Assembly (NCBI GenBank): GCA_963782055.1
Contig: CAWAIF010000002.1
Coordinates: 96,001-160,000, forward strand
DNA length: 64,000 nucleotides
Origin: an uncultured delta proteobacterium
GTDB lineage: Bacteria; Myxococcota_A; Polyangia; Polyangiales; Polyangiaceae
Reading direction: 5' to 3'
Of this stretch, positions 38,722 through 47,525 are shown piece after piece. Position 1 is the first letter of the stretch, and each line of letters opens with the position of its first letter. The translations under genes and the position numbers were made by a program. Under the pieces are notes generated by a model. That model was not told the DNA's origin. It ran no database searches and saw nothing but the letters and a program-made list of their open reading frames with translations.

Positions 38722-40194
38722 GTGGCCCGCGTGAAGCGTCTGGTCGGCGTCGCGCTCTTCTTGACCGCCTGGGCGGCCAGCGCGCCCGCCCTGGCCACGC
38801 GCCCCGCCGCCGCGCAGGCGACCCCCGCCCCGGCGCCGAGCGCCGCCACCAGCTCAGCCGCGCCCGCGACCCACGCCGCGCCGCCCCTCCCCGAGCACGC
38901 CGCCGTGCGCGAGGGCGCCATCGCCCGCGCCGAGCTCGCCGCCGGCGGCACCCGCCGCAGCGTGAGCTGGTCCGATCTGGCGTCGCTCCACGTCGACCCG
39001 GGCGCCGCGACGCTGACCCTCTCTGTCCCCGGCGATCGCGACGCGGTGCAGGTCCCGCCCTGCGCCGGCCGTGGCGCGGTGACCCTCGACGGCCACGTCT
39101 ACGCTCCGCCCCCCGGCCCCTTCGTCATACGCTTGACCCATCAAGCGTCGCCCCACACCCTGACGCTCGCCCTGCGCGTGTCCAGGTACGAGCACCGCGT
39201 CGCCTGCGGCGAGCCGGTGCGCGCGGGCAAGATGGTGCAAAAGCGCGACGGCTTCGTCACCCTGCGCTTTTCCAGCCCCGCACGCCGCGGCGGAATCGCC
39301 GTGCTCTACGTGCCGCCAGGCCACGACGTCCGCCGCCCCGGCGTGCTGCTCGTCGGCCTCCACCCGTGGAACGGCGGCGTGTGGACGTACGCCGCCTACG
39401 CGCAGCTCCTCGGCGCCGCCCGCGAGCACGACGTCGTCCTCCTCTTCCCGAGCGGCCTGGGCAACTCCCTCTACGTCGCCGCGGCCGATCACGAGGTCCT
39501 GCGCGCCCTCGACGCCACCGAGCGCGCGGTGGCGATCGACCCGCGGCGGGTGTCGGTGTGGGGCGCGTCGATGGGCGGCGCCGGCGCCACCACCATCGCC
39601 TTCCATCACCCCGATCGCTTCGCCTTCGTCGCGAGCTTCTTCGGCGACTCTCGCTACGACCTCTCCACCTACGTCCGCGCCATCCTGCACGACCAGGCCG
39701 GCGCGCACGCCGTCAACGCGCTGGACGTCGTCGACAACGCGCGCCACCTGCACGTCATGCTCGTCCACGGCGAAGCGGACAAGGTCTCGCCCATCGCGCA
39801 GAGCAAGATGCTCGCCGACGGCCTGCGCGCGCACCACGACTCGGTGCGCACGTCCTGGGTGCCCGGCAGAGGGCACGAGGGCTCCCTGGCCGAGCGGGCC
39901 ACGCCGGCGGTCGTCCAGTTCGCGGCCTCCTACCGGGGTGGGGGCCGGCCCGCGCGCGTCACCTACCGGACCGTGCGCGCGGAGGACACCGGGGCGTACG
40001 GCGTGCGGCTCGTGCGCGCGCATCCGGGCGACGCCTTCGTCGACGTCGGCTTCGAGAGCGGCAAGGTGGTGGTCTTCGCCGCGGAGAACGTGCGGGAGAT
40101 CGTCCTCGCGCCCGGAGCCCTCCATGGCGCACCTCGCGGCGCCCCCGTCGAGATCCGCCCCCGCGGCGTCAAGCTCACGCTCCGCTGGCGGTGA
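38722..40194 (+). CDS. Secreted alpha/beta-hydrolase (esterase or S9-like)
   Basis: Signal peptide; GASMGG nucleophile elbow, HGEADKV and GRGH. Confidence 0.8.
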   Translation: MARVKRLVGVALFLTAWAASAPALATRPAAAQATPAPAPSAATSSAAPATHAAPPLPEHAAVREGAIARAELAAGGTRRSVSWSDLASLHVDPGAATLTLSVPGDRDAVQVPPCAGRGAVTLDGHVYAPPPGPFVIRLTHQASPHTLTLALRVSRYEHRVACGEPVRAGKMVQKRDGFVTLRFSSPARRGGIAVLYVPPGHDVRRPGVLLVGLHPWNGGVWTYAAYAQLLGAAREHDVVLLFPSGLGNSLYVAAADHEVLRALDATERAVAIDPRRVSVWGASMGGAGATTIAFHHPDRFAFVASFFGDSRYDLSTYVRAILHDQAGAHAVNALDVVDNARHLHVMLVHGEADKVSPIAQSKMLADGLRAHHDSVRTSWVPGRGHEGSLAERATPAVVQFAASYRGGGRPARVTYRTVRAEDTGAYGVRLVRAHPGDAFVDVGFESGKVVVFAAENVREIVLAPGALHGAPRGAPVEIRPRGVKLTLRWR

Positions 40195-40762
40195 CCTTCT
40201 TCGCCGCCTTGTTGGCGAAGGCGCGCGCCGCCTCGAGCAGCCAGCTCAGCGACTGCGGGTCCGGCCGCAGCGCCACCGGCGCCAGGATGAAGCCTCCCTG
40301 GCGCACCTCGAAGTGCACCGGCGTCCGCCAGCCGAGCGTGAGCTTGCGCAGGCTCGGCGTGACGACCTGGCGCGCCTGCGCCTCCGTCTCGGCGTAGGCG
40401 ACGAACGCCGCGTCGAACGCCGCGTCGCCCGTGTACTGCCGCGGCAGCGCGACGGCCTCGTCCCGGAAAGGCGACGAGGCATCGCTGGTGGCCGCCGCGC
40501 GCCCGCCAAGCCGCTCGTCCTGCGCGATGGCGATCCAGCCCTCGTCGCCGACCCCCCACCCCTCCCGCGGGGAGAGCACGAAGCGCGAGATGGTGAGCGC
40601 CGCCGTCGTCCCCGTCGCGTGGAGCGCGTGCTCGTAGCGGATGGGCGTGCGCAGCGTCGCGTACGGCTCCCACACTCGCATCCAGCGCTCGTCCGGCTCG
40701 GCCTCGTAGCGCATCCCGGCGCGCGCGGCGAAGTCGACCATCCAGCGGACGGCGCCGGCCAT
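40175..40762 (-). CDS. Hypothetical protein
   Basis: ATG overlaps the ccmE stop (TGATG). Confidence 0.65.
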   Translation of the reverse strand: MAGAVRWMVDFAARAGMRYEAEPDERWMRVWEPYATLRTPIRYEHALHATGTTAALTISRFVLSPREGWGVGDEGWIAIAQDERLGGRAAATSDASSPFRDEAVALPRQYTGDAAFDAAFVAYAETEAQARQVVTPSLRKLTLGWRTPVHFEVRQGGFILAPVALRPDPQSLSWLLEAARAFANKAAKKVTASGA

Positions 40763-41340
40763 CAGTAGCCGGGTGTGGACTGATCCAGCGCGGCGTGCGG
40801 CATCTTCTCGCCGTGGGCCGCCTTCTGCTTCATCTCGTACTTGCTCGGGCACTTGGCGAGCACGCTCGTCGCCTCGAAGCTGCCGTCCGCCTTGAGCTGG
40901 CCCTCGACGGTGACGTTGACGTCCATCCCGGGTACGTCGCGGAAGGTGTCGGGCACCACGCACTGCGGGTAGCGCACCGGCACGTCGACGCCGTTGCTGG
41001 TGATGGTGAACCGGTACTCGCAGGGCTTCTCCCGCTTGACCAGCGTCCCGTGCACCAGCGTCCCCTCCGCGCGCACGGGGCGGTGCGCGTACTTGAGCTG
41101 GTTGTGGACGAGCTGGTCGATCGGCTTGGAGTAGATGCCGGTGTCCTTCATCATCACCATGACCAGCGCGACAATCGCGGCCGCGGCGGTGACCAGGGCG
41201 ACCACCACCGCCGGGGAGGTGCCCTTCGGCGCGGCGTCCATGCGGCGTCGGCGGCCGATGGGGACTTCGAATCCGTCTCCCTCGGGAGGGGGCTGCCCCT
41301 CCGGCGGGGGCGCGGCGGGCTGGCCCGTGTCTTCGCTCAT
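40762..41340 (-). CDS. ccmE: Heme chaperone CcmE, CxxxY variant
   Basis: TM anchor, VRAEG, VPDTF, VEG..F.A..VLAKCPSKY. Confidence 0.88.
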   Translation of the reverse strand: MSEDTGQPAAPPPEGQPPPEGDGFEVPIGRRRRMDAAPKGTSPAVVVALVTAAAAIVALVMVMMKDTGIYSKPIDQLVHNQLKYAHRPVRAEGTLVHGTLVKREKPCEYRFTITSNGVDVPVRYPQCVVPDTFRDVPGMDVNVTVEGQLKADGSFEATSVLAKCPSKYEMKQKAAHGEKMPHAALDQSTPGY

Positions 41341-41429
41341 GCGTGAAATGGTAGTCCCCGCGGAGCCGGCGTCAACATCGGGCCCCCAAACTCGCCTCTC
41401 GCCCCGCATGCTATGCTTGCTGTCAGGGC

Positions 41430-42005
41430 ATGACCGACGTTCTGTCCAGACCAGTACTCGCGCTCAATCGGTACTTCGAGCCTGTCCAGGTGACCACGGC
41501 GAAACGCGCCTTCGTGCTGCTCTACGGCGGTGCGGCTCAGGCACTCGACGAGGTCGGCGAGGCCTACGACTTCGACCTCTGGCGCTCCCTGCCCGTGCGC
41601 GAGACGGACGACGCCCTGCCCATCGTCGGCGGCGTGCTCCGGGTGCCGCGCGTGCTCCACCTGCACCGCTACGACCGTACCCCCCGCGTCACCGTCCGCC
41701 TGACTCGCAAGAACCTGATGCTGCGCGACCAGCACCAGTGCCAGTACTGCGGCAAGCGCCCCCCGCTCCGCGACCTCAACATCGACCACGTGGTGCCCCG
41801 ATCCCGCGGCGGCGACGACTCGTGGGAGAACCTGGTGACCGCCTGCCGCGTGTGCAACCTGCGCAAGGGCTGGAAGACGCCGGAGGAGGCCAACATGCGC
41901 CTCGCCCGCCGCCCCTTCCGTCCCAAGTGGACCATGACCGCGCAGATCCTCATGGGCGCCAGCTCCCGCTTCGACGAGTGGGACCCCTTCCTCAAGGCGA
42001 GCTGA
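41430..42005 (+). CDS. HNH endonuclease (McrA-like)
   Basis: VLALN..EP, RD..QCQYCG, IDHVVPRSRGG..WENLVTACRVCNLRKG. Confidence 0.92.
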   Translation: MTDVLSRPVLALNRYFEPVQVTTAKRAFVLLYGGAAQALDEVGEAYDFDLWRSLPVRETDDALPIVGGVLRVPRVLHLHRYDRTPRVTVRLTRKNLMLRDQHQCQYCGKRPPLRDLNIDHVVPRSRGGDDSWENLVTACRVCNLRKGWKTPEEANMRLARRPFRPKWTMTAQILMGASSRFDEWDPFLKAS

Positions 42006-42034
42006 GAGGAAGGGAGGCATCCTCGGCCGGAGGA

Positions 42035-43648
42035 TCAGGACGCGCCGAGGTACAGCTTGAGCGCCTGCGCGGCGCCCCGGCGATCGAACGGCACGTCGGC
42101 GATCTCCTCGCGCTTGCCGATCTGCTCGAGCAGCCCGGTCAAGAACACGTGAAACTGCTCGCACTCGGCGATGGCGCGCTCCAGCCTGTCCGGCTGCAGC
42201 AGGTCGGTCTCCTCGAGCGCGGACATCGCGCCCATGAAGGCGTCGAAGCGCGGGTAGTCGGCGGCGCGCAGCAGCGGGTAGCCCATCGCCCGGAAGTAGG
42301 AGAGAAACTCGCGCACGAACTGGAGCGGCGGCACGCCCGTCCAGCGCACCTCCCCGGTGCGCGTGGACCGCGCCTTGTGCGCGAACGCCCGGACGATCTG
42401 CGCGAACATCCACACGTCCCGCCTTAACCGCTCCGAGAGCAGCCGGCGGGCGGCCGCGTCGTCGAACACGCCCTGCTCGTCCAGGCGCACCCCCAGCGAC
42501 TTGCCGAGGAAGAGGATGCCGTTCTGCAGCGCCGGCCGCAGGTTCTTGACCGCCCGGGCGACGGCGGTGCGCACCTGCTCCGGCGGCGGCCCGAGCTCCG
42601 GCGCGGGGAAGTCGTGCTCGAAGGCGCGCCGCATCTCCAGCCGCAGGTTGGCGCCGATGCCCTCCAGCGAGGCCTTCATCTCCAGCAGGCGATGGCCCTC
42701 GGCCAGCAGGGAGTCGTAGCGCCGGGCGAGCTGCGAGGCGGGGACCGCCAGCACGTCCTTGTCGTAGCCCTCGGCGAGGACGTCCCCGGCGCGGTGTCGC
42801 AGGTACGTCGTCAGCGCGCGCGCGTCGGAGCGCAGCACGCTGAGCACGACGTACACCACCCCCGCGCTGCGGCGCGGGCCTTCGTGCGCCGTCTGGAGCG
42901 TCGTCTCCAGCAGCGACAGGTAGCGGAGCATCCGGAAGAGCGCGAGGAAGGTGAGCGCCACCAGTCGCCGCGCGTGCTCCCCGGGCACGCTGCGCATCAG
43001 CTCGAGGACGCGCGGGTTGCCGATGCGATCGAACTCCGGCCGGAACTCCAGCGCGCGCAGCGGGTTGAAGTACGCCGACTGCGCGACCTCCCGCTGGCCG
43101 ACGCCCATGACCGCGTAAAAGAGCCGGAAGGGCACCCGCGGCAGGCGCGCCACACCCGACGCCACCTCCAGAAGGTTGGTCATGCCGTGGCGCAGGTAGA
43201 AGAGCGACTCCTCCGGCGTGTCCTGCGCCGTCGCCCCGTGCACCAGCCGCGAGCGCACCGCGTCGTCGGGCAGCACCGTCTCCAGGTAGCGCTGGAACAC
43301 GAAGGCGCGATCGCGCTCGAACAGCAGGCCGCGGCAGAGGGTGGTGATGCGCCCCATCGCCTCCCGCCCCAGCGCCAGCGCCTCCCGGAAGTCCTGCGCC
43401 ACCACCGGCGGACGCCGCGTGGGGCCGGGGTGGTTTCGCGGGTTGGCGAAGCACGCCAGGCCCTTGAGCAAGATCTCCAGCTCGAAGAGCTGGTCCTCGC
43501 GTCGCGCGGCGGCGAGCCGGTTCACCCACTGCTCGCGGAGCTGCGCTTTGTCCTGCTCCAGGCTGCGCGTCTCGCGCAGCAGGTCGGTGTAGGCGTCGCG
43601 CTCGCCCGCGCTCGGAACCACGGATCGAGGAGGAGCCAGCGAAGGCAC
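42035..43648 (-). CDS. Hypothetical alpha-helical protein
   Basis: Normal-composition ORF of about 537 aa from GTG 43648; the upstream part of the track ORF is a shadow of the TrmB gene. Confidence 0.7.
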   Translation of the reverse strand: MPSLAPPRSVVPSAGERDAYTDLLRETRSLEQDKAQLREQWVNRLAAARREDQLFELEILLKGLACFANPRNHPGPTRRPPVVAQDFREALALGREAMGRITTLCRGLLFERDRAFVFQRYLETVLPDDAVRSRLVHGATAQDTPEESLFYLRHGMTNLLEVASGVARLPRVPFRLFYAVMGVGQREVAQSAYFNPLRALEFRPEFDRIGNPRVLELMRSVPGEHARRLVALTFLALFRMLRYLSLLETTLQTAHEGPRRSAGVVYVVLSVLRSDARALTTYLRHRAGDVLAEGYDKDVLAVPASQLARRYDSLLAEGHRLLEMKASLEGIGANLRLEMRRAFEHDFPAPELGPPPEQVRTAVARAVKNLRPALQNGILFLGKSLGVRLDEQGVFDDAAARRLLSERLRRDVWMFAQIVRAFAHKARSTRTGEVRWTGVPPLQFVREFLSYFRAMGYPLLRAADYPRFDAFMGAMSALEETDLLQPDRLERAIAECEQFHVFLTGLLEQIGKREEIADVPFDRRGAAQALKLYLGAS

Positions 43649-43701
43649 GGGCGCCCGAGGGTACCAGGACTCCCCCCGCCGCGCGAGCGCGCCCCCTCTG
43701 C

Positions 43702-44532
43702 TTACCGCGTCGCCCGCCGCTTCTTCGGCGCGGGCGGCAGCAGCGTGTCCAGCTTGCCCACCCTGTCCCCGAGCAGCTTGGCCATGACGCCCTCCACCGG
43801 GCGCCCGGTGCGCTGCGCGAGCAGGGTGATGTCCAGCGCGATCTGACTCGTCGCCACCTCGGCGATGGCGGCCGTCTCGCTCACCACCGCCGCGTCCCCT
43901 TCGACCTTCTCCGTCGCGCCGATGAGCGTCGTCCGGTCGTCCGCCACCACCATCAGCCGGTGCTTCCAGAACGCCTCGAGCGAGGCCTCCGGCAGCTCGT
44001 AGCTGAAGACCTCCCCCGGGAGCTTGGGCAGCGCGCAGTGCGAGAAGACCACCAGGTACGCGCCCCGCTTGGCCGCCCGCCGCAGCTCGGCGGCGAGGGT
44101 GTCCACCTCTCGCGCCCAGCCGCTCACCGCAAGCCGCGTGCTCGCCCCGCGGATGATGCGCTCCGCCTCCTCCAGGATGCGGTCGTAGCCCCGCACGCTG
44201 AACGCATCCGGCGTCGGCGGAGCCGTGTCCAGGCGGCGGATCGCCTCGGAGAGGTTGTCCGCCGACCCGTCGAAGCGCTTGCGCAGCAGCGACAGCAGGT
44301 CCTCCGGCGGCGCAGCCGCGAAGCGCTCCGGCGAGCCGGAGATGGCCCGCGCCGCGCCCGCCTTCACCAGCCGGCGAAGTACGCCGTACACCGCCGACCG
44401 CGGGATCTGCGCCCGCACGCCCACCTCGTAGCCCGTCGCCGGGCTGTCCACGAGCAACGCCGCGTATGCCCGCGACTCGTTGAGGCTGAAACCCAGCGCC
44501 TCCAGAGAAGAAACGATGTCCGCGCCGCCCAC
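43702..44532 (-). CDS. TrmB family transcriptional regulator
   Basis: LEALGFSLNESRAYAALL..IPRSAVYGVLRRLV winged HTH, then an effector domain (RLMVVADD). Confidence 0.88.
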   Translation of the reverse strand: MGGADIVSSLEALGFSLNESRAYAALLVDSPATGYEVGVRAQIPRSAVYGVLRRLVKAGAARAISGSPERFAAAPPEDLLSLLRKRFDGSADNLSEAIRRLDTAPPTPDAFSVRGYDRILEEAERIIRGASTRLAVSGWAREVDTLAAELRRAAKRGAYLVVFSHCALPKLPGEVFSYELPEASLEAFWKHRLMVVADDRTTLIGATEKVEGDAAVVSETAAIAEVATSQIALDITLLAQRTGRPVEGVMAKLLGDRVGKLDTLLPPAPKKRRATR

Positions 44533-44737
44533 GCCTGCGATCTACACGTATCCGGGGTCGCCCGCACCTCTCCCGGAGGGGGGCCGGGGCCGGAGGAGTC
44601 TTTTTTGTCCCATCCGGGGCGAAACCCTTTGTACCCTGGCGGGCGCAGAGCGTGAGGCCCTCGATGTCGAGGCTACCGCACGAGCCACAACATCCTTGGG
44701 CACACCATGCACCAGGGGAGGACAGGGAGAGACGCAC

Positions 44738-44992
44738 ATGAAGATCGGAAAGACCCTCGCTGTGACGGCCGCTTCGGGACTGCTGCTGGGCCTCATGGCA
44801 GGCTGCGGTGGTGACAACGCTTCGAGCGGCGGCGCTGCGACCCCGTCGGGCGGCGACATGGCTGCTCCGGCGGACAGCTCTGGCGGCGGCGCGAAGGCGA
44901 GCTGCAGCGGCGCCGGCGGTGGCGCGGCTCCGGCCGACACTGGCAGCGCGGCTGGTGGCGAGGCGACCCCTCCCCCCGCTCCCGCTCAGTGA
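44738..44992 (+). CDS. Small Gly/Ala/Ser-rich lipoprotein, putative MNIO (DUF692) substrate
   Basis: SD GGAGA; lipobox LMAGC (Cys23); one other Cys in KASCSG (Cys56); directly upstream of DUF692. Confidence 0.75.
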   Translation: MKIGKTLAVTAASGLLLGLMAGCGGDNASSGGAATPSGGDMAAPADSSGGGAKASCSGAGGGAAPADTGSAAGGEATPPPAPAQ

Positions 44993-45051
44993 CCTGCTGA
45001 ACCCCCTGGCCGCGGTCGTCCTCTCGGACGGAGGCGGCGCGGGTGGGGCAA

Positions 45052-45094
45052 GGACGCCGCGGCCACCTTTCGGTGCCGCGGCGTTCGTGCTTTT
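45052..45094 (+). terminator. Intercistronic hairpin or weak terminator after the precursor gene
   Basis: Stem GGACGCCGCGGCCACC-TTTC-GGTGCCGCGGCGTTC followed by GTGCTTTT. Confidence 0.6.
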
Positions 45095-45108
45095 GTGACC
45101 AGACGTCC

Positions 45109-45966
45109 ATGGGTTTTCGCGACAAGCACGGCATCGTGGACCTGGGCGTCGGCGTCGGGTTCCGTCCCAAGCACGCGGCCGACGTCCTGGAGCGCGGCGG
45201 CTCGCCCGAGGTGGCCTGGTACGAGATCGTCAGCGAGAACTTCATGGGCTCCGGCGGCCGGCCGCGCGCCCAGCTGGAGCGGCTCCGCGCGGCTTACCCC
45301 GTCGTGCCGCACGGCGTGTCCCTCTCGGTGGGCTCGGTCGCCCCACTCGACCGCGAGTACCTGGAGCGTCTCGCCGCGCTCGTGCGGCACGTCGACCCGC
45401 CCTACTTCACCGACCACCTCTGCTTCTGCCGCGCGGGCGGCCTCGACCTGCACGATCTCTTGCCGCTGCCTCTCACCCCCGAGGCCGCCGCGCACACCGC
45501 GGCGCGGGCGCGGGAAGTCCAGGACAGGATCGGCAGACCCTTCGCGATCGAGAACGCCTCGAGCTACCTCGCCTACCGCGAGAGCTCCATGCCGGAGTGG
45601 GAGTTCCTCGCCGAGATCGCCGAGCGCGCCGACATCGGCATCCTGCTGGACGTGAACAACGTCTTCGTGACCGCGCACAACCTGGACTTCGATCCGGCCG
45701 CCTACATCGACGCGATCCCCGCCGACCGCGTGGTGCAGATCCACCTCGCCGGCCACACCGACAAGGGCAGCTACCTGCTCGACACCCACTCCGATCACGT
45801 GCGCGAGGAGGTGTGGGCCCTCTACGAGCGGGCGATCCGCCGCATCGGGCCGGTCAGCACCCTCATCGAGTGGGACGAGCGCATCCCCAGCTTCGACGTG
45901 CTCGCGCGAGAGGCCGCCCTCGCCGCCGAGCACCGCGCGAAGGCCCTCGCGGAGGCCGGGCGATGA
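45109..45966 (+). CDS. DUF692 multinuclear non-heme iron oxidase (MNIO; BufB/HvfB-like)
   Basis: GVGFRPKH, ENF, HGVSLS, TDHL, IEN, LLDVNN, IHLAGH, DTH and EWD motifs. Confidence 0.93.
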   Translation: MGFRDKHGIVDLGVGVGFRPKHAADVLERGGSPEVAWYEIVSENFMGSGGRPRAQLERLRAAYPVVPHGVSLSVGSVAPLDREYLERLAALVRHVDPPYFTDHLCFCRAGGLDLHDLLPLPLTPEAAAHTAARAREVQDRIGRPFAIENASSYLAYRESSMPEWEFLAEIAERADIGILLDVNNVFVTAHNLDFDPAAYIDAIPADRVVQIHLAGHTDKGSYLLDTHSDHVREEVWALYERAIRRIGPVSTLIEWDERIPSFDVLAREAALAAEHRAKALAEAGR

Positions 45967-46766
45967 GCCGCCTCGACGAGACGCAGCGCCTCTTCGCCGA
46001 GGCCCTCCTCCACCGCCAGACGCTCGCCGAGGATGGCGCGCTCTCCGCCCGCGCGGAGGCGACCGCCGCCGGCAGCTCGCGCATGACGCCCACCGAGCAG
46101 CTCGACGTCTACCGCGAGCAGTTCTGGCTGCGTCATGTCGCCTGCCTGGCGGAGGACTACCCCGTCGTCGAGGCGCTGGTCGGGAAGGCCCCCTTCGAGG
46201 ATCTGGTGGCGGCCTACCTCGACGCCCACCCCCCGCAGCGCTTCCTCATCCGCGATCTCGGCCAGGACCTCGCGTCCTTCCTGGCGCGCACACCGCCCTG
46301 GAAAGAGGACGCGCTGCTCACCGACGTCGCCCGGGTGGAGTGGGCGTTCGTGGACGCCTTCGACGCCCCCGACGCGCCGCCCCTCGACCCGGCCTCGATC
46401 GCCGGCATCGGCGAGGACGACTGGCCGCGGGCGCGGCTGGTGCTCCACCCGTCCTTGCAGCGGCTGCAGCTCCAGCACCCCGCGCACGAGCTGCGGGTCG
46501 CGCACCGGGCGGGCCAGCCCGTCGTGCGTCCCCGGCCCGCCCCGGCGGCCGTGGTGGTCTACCGCCGCGAGCTGGGCACCTACCAGGAGATCGTCGATCG
46601 CCGCGCGCTCGCGCTGCTCGACCTCCTCGCGGCGGGCGAGCGCCTCGGCGACGCCGGCGAGCGCGTCGCGGCCGAGAGCGGTGGCGGCGACGCGGTGGAG
46701 GCCAGCATCGGCGACTGGTTCGCCCGCTGGGCCGCCCTCGGGTGGATCAGCCGCGTCGAGGTCTGA
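45963..46766 (+). CDS. DUF2063 MNIO partner protein (BufC/HvfC-like)
   Basis: QLDVYREQF..L..DYPVV..LVG..F..LV..Y and DVARVEWA; ATGA overlap with DUF692. Confidence 0.85.
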   Translation: MSRLDETQRLFAEALLHRQTLAEDGALSARAEATAAGSSRMTPTEQLDVYREQFWLRHVACLAEDYPVVEALVGKAPFEDLVAAYLDAHPPQRFLIRDLGQDLASFLARTPPWKEDALLTDVARVEWAFVDAFDAPDAPPLDPASIAGIGEDDWPRARLVLHPSLQRLQLQHPAHELRVAHRAGQPVVRPRPAPAAVVVYRRELGTYQEIVDRRALALLDLLAAGERLGDAGERVAAESGGGDAVEASIGDWFARWAALGWISRVEV

Positions 46767-46781
46767 GCCCCCGCGCGCCGA

Positions 46782-47396
46782 TCACTTCCGGTGGTGGTGC
46801 GGGTGGAAGTTGAACGGGTAGTGCGCGTGGGTCTCCACCCCGCGCGGGCTGGCGGCGAACTTGATCTTCTTGATCACCTCGCCGATGCACTTGATGACCC
46901 CGGGCTCGGCGATCTGGCTCTTCGAGGCGTCGACGCCCGTCGCGGTGACGTTGCCGTCGGGGTCGATGGTCCAGGTGATGTCCACGAACCCCTCGATGCC
47001 CGGGTGCGTCTTCTCCCCGGCGTCGTAGCAGGCGCGCGCGTCGCCCCGGTGCACCTGGATGATCCCCTGGATGTCCTGCGGGCTGCGCCCCGGATCATGC
47101 CCGCCCTTCCCCGTGCCCGGGCCCCTGGGCGCGGTCGTCGTCGAGCCGCCGTCCATCGTGACCGTGGACGACGAGGTGAGCTTGGTGCCCTGCAGGTCGC
47201 CCGCGTCCCCCAGCGTCGCGGTGGTGGTCGTCGTCGGGCCGGCGTCCACCTCAGCCGCGGCGGTCGACCCCGTGCCGCCCCCGCCCCCCGCGCCCTCCGG
47301 GGTCTGCGCGGGCGGAGAGCCGCCCCCGCACGCCGCCAATGCCAGCGTGATCGCCCCCATGCCCATCAGCCCAGCCAGACTCGTTCGCTTCGTCAT
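46782..47396 (-). CDS. Lipoprotein with AgmX/PglI C-terminal (TonB-C-like) domain
   Basis: Lipobox LAAC; RACY..G.V.I.WTIDPDG.V..CI..I.F..YPF. Confidence 0.75.
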   Translation of the reverse strand: MTKRTSLAGLMGMGAITLALAACGGGSPPAQTPEGAGGGGGTGSTAAAEVDAGPTTTTTATLGDAGDLQGTKLTSSSTVTMDGGSTTTAPRGPGTGKGGHDPGRSPQDIQGIIQVHRGDARACYDAGEKTHPGIEGFVDITWTIDPDGNVTATGVDASKSQIAEPGVIKCIGEVIKKIKFAASPRGVETHAHYPFNFHPHHHRK

Positions 47397-47525
47397 GACG
47401 GCTCCTCGGGGAGAGGACGGTAGCGGCTCGGCCCCCCGCTCCGCAAGCGCAGCGCTCCGTCGCCGGACGCCCCGGCCCCCGGCCGGGCACGCGATTGGTT
47501 TGCGATTGGACGAACCGTCTCGGTC

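Noticed and set aside
41430..42005. HNH nuclease as a mobile or defence element
   Set aside because: It stands alone with host-like composition, and no repeats, methylase or intron context.
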